Positions 28,581-36,982 of a DNA stretch of 64,000 bases are shown one piece after another. The position numbers were made by a program, and so were the translations under genes. The notes under the pieces were generated by a model, which saw nothing but the letters and a program-made list of their open reading frames with translations, did no database searches and was not told the DNA's origin. The first letter of the stretch is position 1, and every line of letters begins with the position of its first letter. Origin of the DNA: Eutreptiella sp. 'Long Island Sound 2002' (Eukaryota; Protista; Euglenida); the NCBI GenBank assembly GCA_964036045.1, contig OZ038379.1:20336001-20400000 (forward strand), given 5' to 3'.

Positions 28581-31052
28581 ATGTCAGGTCACAAAATGTC
28601 TGCTGTCACAGATATACTCGCAGATTCTTTTCATGACCTACCTGCACATATTCGTGATGCGGTGGTTGCGGGGATGACGCGTATAGTGCAGCAAGACCTG
28701 GTTTTGGAAAAAATGACACACGTTGTTCAAGAGCTAGAAACATCCATTTCGACTATTTCTGCTGAGTTGCACAGAGATACCGATGACTTGGACCAGGAGC
28801 ACACGTCCAAATCTTTTTTGTCTCCCCCCTCCCCTCCTACTATGCACTTCGATAGTTTAGGTACAGATTCAGAGGTCTTTGGCGCAACCAGATCAACGCC
28901 TGATGCCCCCACCCGCGGAGACACAGTCTTCGCTGGGTATACTAGTGAAGATGATCCAGCTGAAATCCCACCCCTGGTTTATAGTACAGATTCTGACTAT
29001 GACTCAGAACCAGATGAGCCTGAAGAGACACCCCTACCGCGAGAAGCTACTGTGCTCACGGGCAGAGAGGATTTTGAAACTTTTGTTGAAAAGGTTACCC
29101 AAAGTCGCACCCTCACTGTCCTATGGAACAGGTTCGCTGCCCAGAATGGATGGTCATCATGGGATGATTTGGATAAAGGGAAACTGTCAACCACCCTAGA
29201 AAGTTTCCGGAAGGTGCGGGATGCGTATCTCCCTGATTGTGCTTCACCTCACGAACACGATAATTTCAGATTCACTAGTGGGTGGGAGGAATTTTTCACT
29301 GAAGTATGCCATGTTACCCTCTCCCTGTGGAGCAACCCGTGGGCCTCCCCCACTGCTGAGTATTGGCACCCAAACGACACAGGGGGTTTGGGAATTGAGT
29401 CTCAGACGCCACTGCTTCAGGTCCTGAATAGACTAGAGGCAAGGTCTGCGTGCTTCGTTAATACAGCGATGTGTCCTGACCCGTCTGACGATATCTTTCG
29501 AGTTTTCAACCGAAAACTGAGAAGTTTTGAACCGTTCCGGCTTGTGTGTGTTACCAAACGTGATGCATCATCCAGATGGAACTCATTTCTCGAGACCTGG
29601 GAACAAAAAGGTAGAGCTGTACTTTGTGGTGCAGTGCGCTTCATGAATGTTCGAACATACGGGTGGAAAAAGGAAACATGGTCAAGAATGAATGGCCCGT
29701 GGGAAGTATATATTCTAGAAAGTGGTATAAAACAAGTGGGACATGACTTGTCATCTGAAAAGTACTCCAGCTCCCTACGAGGACTGATCGGAGGGAAAAG
29801 TAGCTCAGAATGGTTTCCTTTGCCCTCTTTCTCTGAGAATCACTTGCCAAAAGGTTGTGCAGGCTTCAGGCATGCAGAGGTACAAACGTTCTGGGACAGA
29901 TGGGATGAGATTGCCCTGAAGAGAGAGGCATTGTTGCGCGCAAAACCTGTGAACTGGTCAGCAGTGCGGGACTCACTCCAGGAGACCAATCTTTTACTAA
30001 CTGATGCCAAGGACTCACGCCTACGCCGGATAGCCCGCCTAGCGAAGCTCCCACTCACCTGGAGGCTTGATGAGGTGGGTTCCTGGGTGTATACGGTGTG
30101 CGGCCCGTACCCCCCCTACGTAGGGCAAACCGGATGCTTCCAAAATCAGAGATCCTGCTTAGATAGATATAGGGAACACCTACAAAAAGCCAAGGCGTCG
30201 GCCAACCATTTCTCAGGTATCCGCCACAGAAAAATCAGAGCAGCCATGGGATTCGGAAAACTCCCCTCCCTTGCTCGCATGCTTGCTCGCGAGGGTCCAG
30301 CAAGAGTTACCATTGTGGCGCTACAAGACGTGGCTGATAAACAGGCTGGTGCCATTGAACGTTGGTGGAACACAGTCCTAGGCCAGACGCTGAATCAAGT
30401 TACCCCCTTTGGTGGTATCGACGCATTCAAAGTCGAACGGCTATTAGGAGCTCACTCAAAGACCATTTCCATGGAAACTGCCTCACTTACAACAATGGCA
30501 CAATCATTGTTACGCAACAACTCCTGTAAATCCAATCGTGAGATGGATGAACGGTGGTGGTTTGTTGCCACGTTCCTACGTGTCCTGTATGGTATCCCTT
30601 TGAAATGGGAACTGCACCCCGCTGACGGTGTCAACTGGGGTGAAGCCTGGCTTAGCACCAGCTCAGGCAAATTTTCTATCCTCCGAAAGGGGGTCTGTCG
30701 ATCGCTGGATCAGCTGTCTGCGCCCCCGCCAGGTGTGGAGTGGGAGAGGTGGATACACCCATCGTCACCTAATGCCCGCGCAGTTTGGGGCTCATTTCTG
30801 CCAGCCGCCATGGCCAAGTGTGTCTGGTTTGCGTGGGATGCAGGGGACGTAAGACAGAATTTTCGCTCCCTTGTGTGGGGGCTGACACGTGGGGCGGTAC
30901 CAGGAGGTTGGTGGAAAGCCCCCATGCGCAGGTTTTTTGAGTACTGGTCCCTGGAGCGCTTCTTCCCGCTGCATGCAGTTTTTAATTGGCAGAAGGAAGC
31001 CAGAGCCAGGGCAGCAGCAGATTTCAGGAAGGCGCAGCAGGAGGAGGTCTGA
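28581..31052 (+). CDS. Chimeric ORF: PLE N-terminus and GIY-YIG fused in frame to the RT C-terminus of the inserted second PLE
   Basis: WVYTV...YVGQT...RYREH...IERWW...TLN at 30084-30400. After 30562 the frame reads VLYGIPLKW...WGEA...SLVWGL...WW, paralogous to VLYNIPLKW...WGEA...SLLWGL...WW in the downstream ORF. Confidence 0.85.
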   Translation: MSGHKMSAVTDILADSFHDLPAHIRDAVVAGMTRIVQQDLVLEKMTHVVQELETSISTISAELHRDTDDLDQEHTSKSFLSPPSPPTMHFDSLGTDSEVFGATRSTPDAPTRGDTVFAGYTSEDDPAEIPPLVYSTDSDYDSEPDEPEETPLPREATVLTGREDFETFVEKVTQSRTLTVLWNRFAAQNGWSSWDDLDKGKLSTTLESFRKVRDAYLPDCASPHEHDNFRFTSGWEEFFTEVCHVTLSLWSNPWASPTAEYWHPNDTGGLGIESQTPLLQVLNRLEARSACFVNTAMCPDPSDDIFRVFNRKLRSFEPFRLVCVTKRDASSRWNSFLETWEQKGRAVLCGAVRFMNVRTYGWKKETWSRMNGPWEVYILESGIKQVGHDLSSEKYSSSLRGLIGGKSSSEWFPLPSFSENHLPKGCAGFRHAEVQTFWDRWDEIALKREALLRAKPVNWSAVRDSLQETNLLLTDAKDSRLRRIARLAKLPLTWRLDEVGSWVYTVCGPYPPYVGQTGCFQNQRSCLDRYREHLQKAKASANHFSGIRHRKIRAAMGFGKLPSLARMLAREGPARVTIVALQDVADKQAGAIERWWNTVLGQTLNQVTPFGGIDAFKVERLLGAHSKTISMETASLTTMAQSLLRNNSCKSNREMDERWWFVATFLRVLYGIPLKWELHPADGVNWGEAWLSTSSGKFSILRKGVCRSLDQLSAPPPGVEWERWIHPSSPNARAVWGSFLPAAMAKCVWFAWDAGDVRQNFRSLVWGLTRGAVPGGWWKAPMRRFFEYWSLERFFPLHAVFNWQKEARARAAADFRKAQQEEV

Positions 31053-31393
31053 GAGAAGTGTGCACAAGGGTGGGAGAGGGCGGGGACATTTTTTTCAGAC
31101 CCACAGGTTTGGTACGGATACAGTCTCTTACGGTGTTGGATGGTGGTGCTCGACTTAGACAATGTAGACAGGATGGTGCAGACATACCCGTGGTGGTGCC
31201 CGTTGTGTACCCATAGAACGCTGATTGCTGCTTGTGTTGTAGTTTGAGAGTGAATAGCGTAAGAAGAACGAAAGGCGATGGGCAGGGAACGGGAGGACAG
31301 GGTGAAGCGCTTGATGCCTGCACATGTCAAACTGTTTCCCAGCCTATGACCGGTTACTGAGGAGTCTTCTTGCCTCGCGCTTTCTGCTTGCTC
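30563..31393 (+). mobile_element. 5'-truncated Penelope-like insertion (RT C-terminus, 3' UTR, hammerhead) flanked by a perfect 75-bp duplication
   Basis: 30488-30562 is identical to 31394-31468. Confidence 0.88.
31261..31371 (+). ncRNA. Hammerhead ribozyme, type II topology
   Basis: aagaagaac-GAAA-GGC...GCC-TA-tgaccggtta-CTGAGGA-gtcttctt; stem II pairs with one bulge; predicted cleavage after 31346. Confidence 0.75.
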
Positions 31394-31400
31394 TACAACA

Positions 31401-34238
31401 ATGGCACAATCATTGTTACGCAACAACTCCTGTAAATCCAATCGTGAGATGGATGAACGGTGGTGGTTCCTAGCATGTGTTGCAGGCAAGATCGAACCCA
31501 ATCTGTTTGAACGGCTTTTTAAACACATTGCGAGGTTAACCAAGAGTAAATGGAATCTTATGGTGAAACGAAGACTGGTACTGCGAATTCCTTGCTTTGA
31601 CCCCATGATACAAACACAGGTGAGAGGGATCTGTATTGATGCTATGACCAAGCTCATGATCCCGAGGGGCCTCAGAGATTGGTTTGCTAAATCCATTTGT
31701 GTGATCCCGGTCCCTTTTATGACAATACGCGATGCCTTGAGTGGAGGAGGGCAGCAGAATGCGCCTAAAATCACAACACACATCCTGGAGGAATTGCGAT
31801 GTTCTGATTCAAATTTATGTACCTGGGTCTCTCTCCCACGGGAACTAGGAGCCTGGAAACTGGAAACTACACCTGCAGCACTCCAACAGGTATGTGCAGA
31901 GGCTCTGAGCCGTATTAAAAAGCGATCATGTATGTGCTCCCACATGCGCAAGGGCTCACCAAATTTTGGCGGCTTTCTTGACCACGTGGTCATTCGATCT
32001 CCGTCCGATTGGTCCCATATCCTGGAGCCCCAACCTGTACGTATTTTTACTGCAAATGCTAGAAATCAATTCTTCCCGGACCCAGGTTCACTCAGACAGC
32101 AGTTGACAAACATGACTACTGCCCTGCAGGAGCTGGCAGTTTCACAGGTTTCTGTCGAACGGTGTCAGTTTGTGGCGAAAGGTATTTTCGAGGGAGGGAT
32201 TGTAAAACAGACAGAGTCCACACTATGGGAAGCAATGCGAACCACAGTGGCCCAAGGCGTCCAGTTAGCCCCATGGCTCAATGGTTCACAGATCTATGGT
32301 TTGCGGTATGATGTCTCAGAGTTACAACTGAGGGTGACTGTTTGGGACAAAAAACTGACAAAATTAGGTGGTCTGTGCTCCCAGCTGTATGATACTCGTC
32401 TGTTAGAGTCTACTATTTTTGGCTCACGCTTTCAGTTGTGGGGGTGGGCTGATTCACCTGCCATTGCAAGGCTCGCAATTACACACATGGTCATCAAGCG
32501 TGCACGGGAATGTGGAATCATTAATGACATGCTGCAACGTCGTCTTGGCAGAGCCTGTTTTGCTTTACAGGAAGATACAGACGACTTTCTGTTTGAATGT
32601 TTTATGGACCCCCAGCCCCATAAACGCTACCCCAGTGCCCCAGCGATGTTTTCACTCCCTAAGTGGAAATCTACGGAGTATGATCCTGATAACCCGGTCC
32701 TGAAATGGAGGGATATTGTATCTTACAAATCACATGCCCTCCAGAGTTATAGTAGAGTCATTTCCCGTGCCCTACAACTGCTGTGTGCCTTCTTGCATAG
32801 CTCAGGACTTTGCCTGGGCTTTCCAAACATGTTGGGTGTGCGTGATCAAATTAAGGCAATTCAGCGATTTGCTGACGGTGCGACCTCGGTTAATTTTAGA
32901 GAGCGCGACATGGACGACATGTTTTGGCAAATTGAACGGTCAGAGGCTCTGCAAGCTATCAGTTGGGCCATAGACAGAGCACGCTCAGACGCTCGTGGGA
33001 AGACACTGTGGTTTAGTATAGCCAAAGGCCTGGAGAAAGACCTAGATAGATTTGGAAAAAATTCTGCGAAATCTTTTGTAACACTCTCGGAATCAGAAGT
33101 GCTGCGGTTTGTGGAGTACGACATGACTGAAAACGTTCTCCTCACTGTTGGTTCCCTTATATTATGTCAGGGTGCGAGAGGAATCCCCATTGGGGGATTT
33201 CTCTCAGCACAAATTGCCGAGATATGGGCCTGCTGGAAAGAGTTCACCAGCCTTTTTGGTGAAAATGTCCAGTCTGCCCAACGACAGCTTACCGACCTCT
33301 GTGCTGATTTTTCAAAGACACAGGGTATCCCTGTGCAGATTACACTTCCAGGGACAGTTGAGCTTATTCACCACTCCCCTGATGAAACAGTGCTAGCCCA
33401 TGACATGTTTGTCTCCAGGACAGTGCACCTGGTTACTCCAGAGACATTGTGCCAGTCAGGTTTCTCAGGGTGGTGGTCCCCTGCAGACAGAACCTTTGCC
33501 ACCGCCGAAGTTGCAGGCCACCATGTACGCTTCATACATACCCTCCCCTGGGATGGAGCGGAGGGGGGACGACTGCAGAGTATTGTGCGGCATTCAACAC
33601 GGAAAAATAAGCGCGTGGTGATGCAGTTTTTTCGAAATTTTGATGCGCTGAATGGGGTGGTGGGGGAGATCTTGTCTGCAGAGACTGAGGGTGTTGATAC
33701 AGGCCCCTCATCTCAGTCCAGACCAGTGGTCATCATGTCACGATATAGGGATAATATCTACTTTGCTATGGCGGGCATCTCCCCCTTTCTCGAGGCCCCC
33801 ACTTTATTTTTGATTGAGCAATTGACTGCGGTGTTGTACAATATCCCACTGAAGTGGGAACCCCATGGGAGTGTTACTACGTGGGGAGAAGCATCTATGC
33901 TTCTTGAGCAGCATATGGGATTTTTCAAGCACAGTTTTGGTCTGCAGAGAAAAGGAGTTGTTCAAAAACTCAGTGACTGGGTCACAGGGACAGTGACAGC
34001 AGAGTGGGAAAATTGGGTCGACGCCCACTCGCCCAATGCACGGATGGTGTTGCGCTCCCTTCTGCCCTCTTTGCTGTATAAGTCTCTCCTGTATGCCTTG
34101 AACAAACGAGATGTCGTATCCAACATGCGATCACTTCTGTGGGGCCTTGGTGTGAAAAGATATCCAGACCAGTGGTGGAGTGGTGGAGACCTGCCCTGCA
34201 TCGCTTCTTTCACAGATTCCGGCTTCACAGGGTGGTAG
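31401..34238 (+). CDS. Penelope-type reverse transcriptase (C-terminal part of the original EN-RT ORF)
   Basis: KWRDIVSY, DMDDMF (motif A), GIPIGGFLSAQIA (motif B'), RYRDNI (motif C), PLKWE thumb region. Confidence 0.9.
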   Translation: MAQSLLRNNSCKSNREMDERWWFLACVAGKIEPNLFERLFKHIARLTKSKWNLMVKRRLVLRIPCFDPMIQTQVRGICIDAMTKLMIPRGLRDWFAKSICVIPVPFMTIRDALSGGGQQNAPKITTHILEELRCSDSNLCTWVSLPRELGAWKLETTPAALQQVCAEALSRIKKRSCMCSHMRKGSPNFGGFLDHVVIRSPSDWSHILEPQPVRIFTANARNQFFPDPGSLRQQLTNMTTALQELAVSQVSVERCQFVAKGIFEGGIVKQTESTLWEAMRTTVAQGVQLAPWLNGSQIYGLRYDVSELQLRVTVWDKKLTKLGGLCSQLYDTRLLESTIFGSRFQLWGWADSPAIARLAITHMVIKRARECGIINDMLQRRLGRACFALQEDTDDFLFECFMDPQPHKRYPSAPAMFSLPKWKSTEYDPDNPVLKWRDIVSYKSHALQSYSRVISRALQLLCAFLHSSGLCLGFPNMLGVRDQIKAIQRFADGATSVNFRERDMDDMFWQIERSEALQAISWAIDRARSDARGKTLWFSIAKGLEKDLDRFGKNSAKSFVTLSESEVLRFVEYDMTENVLLTVGSLILCQGARGIPIGGFLSAQIAEIWACWKEFTSLFGENVQSAQRQLTDLCADFSKTQGIPVQITLPGTVELIHHSPDETVLAHDMFVSRTVHLVTPETLCQSGFSGWWSPADRTFATAEVAGHHVRFIHTLPWDGAEGGRLQSIVRHSTRKNKRVVMQFFRNFDALNGVVGEILSAETEGVDTGPSSQSRPVVIMSRYRDNIYFAMAGISPFLEAPTLFLIEQLTAVLYNIPLKWEPHGSVTTWGEASMLLEQHMGFFKHSFGLQRKGVVQKLSDWVTGTVTAEWENWVDAHSPNARMVLRSLLPSLLYKSLLYALNKRDVVSNMRSLLWGLGVKRYPDQWWSGGDLPCIASFTDSGFTGW

Positions 34239-34568
34239 GTTTTAAAACCATGATGTGCTGGTACCAAGAAGGGCGACAGGTTCTCAGTGTGTGACCTCGT
34301 TCTCTGTGCCAGACACTTTGTTGGTTGAAGTGCCAGTGGCGAGTTCGCTGCGGCGTTTCCCACGGTGTCTGTGCATGGAGACGTCGTGACCAACTAGCCC
34401 TATGCACATGGCATGAATGGCATGGTTGAGGACGTTGGTACCAAGGAGGACGACAGCTTCTCGGCGTATGACAGTTTTCTTTGCTGGATCTAACCCTATT
34501 GACATGACATGCATGACACGGTTGAGGACAAGTGAGATTGTTCGTTTCACATAATCTGGTGTTAGGGT

Positions 34569-34660
34569 GCAAGATACGAAAGACGGTGGACTAAGATGAG
34601 TAGAAGAACGTTGTTTCCCATACTTGATCTTCAGTCTATTGCAACTGATGAGTGTTTTGC
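34569..34660 (+). ncRNA. Hammerhead ribozyme, type II topology
   Basis: gcaagatac-GAAA-GAC...GTC-TA-ttgcaa-CTGATGA-gtgttttgc; 9-bp stem II, extended stem III; predicted cleavage after 34638. Confidence 0.85.
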
Positions 34661-34703
34661 TGCTTTGCTGCTCGCTGTAAAGCCCCCTTCTACTTGAACA
34701 ACC

Positions 34704-34920
34704 TAGAAGGGTTGCGAGCCAATTTTGTCATCACCACCCCCTTGGCAAGCAGAGCCCTCCCCCAAACCTCTTGCATCATGCACACATTCAGTGGTCTAAT
34801 TGGACAACGAGCAAGAGGATGTCAAGGGAGAACAAATGAAGACCGATGGCGTGAAAATGGAGGAGGAAATGGGTGAACATATGGTGGAGCAAGCAATTGG
34901 CGTTGGATAGGGAAATCCCG
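34704..34920 (+). repeat. 217-bp direct repeat, right copy
   Basis: Matches 28227-28443. Confidence 0.95.
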
Positions 34921-35225
34921 AGTATCTCTAGTGACTTGTTGAATGTATCTACTGATGTTCTTGAGGTTCTTGATAGCTCATAAGATGATTGGCCTTTGAC
35001 CCAAATTAGTGAGAGAGCTCTGACGCATCATTCGCATGAGGGTAGGAAAAGAAACCCAGGTGCGTGACTCTTTATCCATGCATGAACAATTGAATTTGAT
35101 TGTGAGGTTTCTTTGGTCTTCGCACTGCTCGGATTCGTGAATTACATTGCGGGAACAAGTAGATAGCTCATGAGCCACCTGACGAGTGATTGGGAACCTT
35201 GAAGGCCTCAACTTTGATGGAGGTA

Positions 35226-35823
35226 CTCCGCCCCCCGTGACAGTAGACCCGGGTCGGAGCCGAAGGCCTGGGTCTCTTAAAGTGTACTTTTCCAAGTGGG
35301 TCTCTTATATTGTAGGCCAATGAGCCACCACAAGACGTTTTTCCGGAAGAAGAGGTAGATGATGAAGAGAATGTCAATGAAGATGAACCGTCTCCACCTC
35401 TTGTGTTGAAGCCTGATGTGGTGGAGGAATTGGTCAGCAAGGGTGTTCTTCCTCCGCGGTCAGTTGTTAAAGGGAAGTCCATGAGAACGTAATCGCTTCA
35501 TGGTGCGAAGTGTTGGCCTTGGGCTGAGGCACTAATGTGAGTGTTCGTCAAGGCTATATATGTCATTTGAAGACCCATTTCTTGGACTTTTATGAGACAA
35601 TACCTACAACATTCAATGTTGGAGCAACCGGTTTTCGCCTATCTTGTCAAATGAGGGCTTGGGCTTTGGTTGGGGTTCGACTTTGTATCCTTTTGCAAGT
35701 GGGTCTCTTAAAGTGTACTTTTCCAAGTGGGTCTCTTAGCGCCTTGGTCAGCGCCGGCTCCAAAATTCGACTGGGTCTCTTATATGGTCTTTGCGGGTGG
35801 GTCTACTGTCACGGGGGGAAGAG
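35226..35823. mobile_element. Tc1/mariner-type (Stowaway-like) MITE
   Basis: Perfect 20-bp TIR core CCCCCCGTGACAGTAGACCC (35231-35250 and 35799-35818), CTC/GAG ends, TA on both flanks, internal gggtctcttaaagtgtacttttccaagt repeats. Confidence 0.75.
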
Positions 35824-35949
35824 TATACAAAGAATGAGCATATGCAGCCCCAAGGTTGTGTTGTCGCAACGCAACATTTGGGATTTGTTCCCTCTCCTTT
35901 CAAGGCGGCCGAATGGAAGCCTTGTGGTGTTAAAGACAGGCCCTCCAAA

Positions 35950-36105
35950 AAACTTGCATGTTTTTGTTGTGATCATGAAGTGCGGGCAAACAAGTGGTAA
36001 TCGTAAATGTGATTGTTGCTCTGCTATCTTCCACTTGGGATGTGTTGGTTTGACTCATCCACTCATGGTTTGGGTCGTGGGCATGTGACGGATGCAAGAA
36101 GGCCA
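35950..36105 (+). pseudogene. Frameshifted PHD finger
   Basis: CFCC...KCDCCSAIFHLGCVGL...WACDGC across shifted frames gives the C4HC3 pattern. Confidence 0.65.
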
Positions 36106-36982
36106 TGTAGACCAAGTCTGCTGCAGCATTCTTTGGCGATAGCCTAAATTCTTTGCCACTTGTCGAGTTCCGGGATATACAACCCGGACTCGATCGGAGT
36201 TCCGGGTTATACACCCGGTTTTAATGTAGTATTGTGCAATACCATGAGCAATATTGTTATTGGCTGAGGAGTTGGTGCCTGCGTGCTTGCTGAGCTAGTT
36301 GTTGCTCATTTTGACAATGGCCAACAGCTCTTGCCTTCTTACTAGTGCCACGTGCACGTCACACTTGCACCATGCGGAAGGCCACTAACGTTGTGGGGTA
36401 TGGGGTTGCTTTCCAAACCAAGCCTTAGACTTGGCCCAAATTCCTAACTCTACATGCGAGGACTGCAAGTTAATGCAGGTTATGAAACGTGTTCAAGGGG
36501 GCATGACATGGAGGGAGCATGTGGTAAATGGTTGCTTGTTCTATACCCACCCGAATCTTGTCCCAAGCTTGTGTAGTTTCGTGTGCGTTTCTTGTACATT
36601 TAGTACCAAACTCACACAATCCGTTTAAGCTTCTCGTTTCCCATGTAAGAGCTACTTGTACATATTTGTGTCGTCTTCCTGGACAAATTGACACAGTGTG
36701 CGCAAACCTACCACCGAACCATCAAACCATGTGTCATTGCGGTTCGCGATGCGAAGGTATTCGAATTCGTACCAAAAAGTGGCACCAAAACTATGACAGT
36801 ATGGCCGGGCAAACACACAACTATGTACAAGTAGCTTGCACATAGTGTACGAGTAGCTTTACAAGCTATGTGGGTTTGCGTGCAAATGTGCACCACTTTC
36901 CAGCACAAAAATACGGGTGGGCGCATTATTTTACCTGTGTGAAACACCACCTATTCCATCACAAGCCAATTATTGCGAGAGA

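Larger units (their letters stand above)
28444..34703 (+). mobile_element. Penelope-like retroelement with N-terminal GIY-YIG endonuclease (Naiad/Chlamys-type domain order)
   Basis: GIY-YIG upstream of a PLE-type RT, 3' hammerhead ribozyme, flanking 217-bp duplication. Confidence 0.9.
27902..36225. mobile_element. Element bounded by inverted repeats (non-autonomous DNA transposon or MITE) containing nested insertions
   Basis: Left attaaaaccgg...gtgtataacccggaactcggaccgagtttcgggttgcatatcccgg matches the reverse complement of 36166-36225; related palindromic subrepeats extend over 27836-28030. Confidence 0.65.

Noticed and set aside
34245-34540. Imperfect repeats (tggtaccaag, ggttgaggac) in the PLE 3' UTR as a CRISPR-like array
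   Set aside because: Two to three degenerate copies with irregular spacing in a eukaryotic retroelement UTR; ordinary local duplication.
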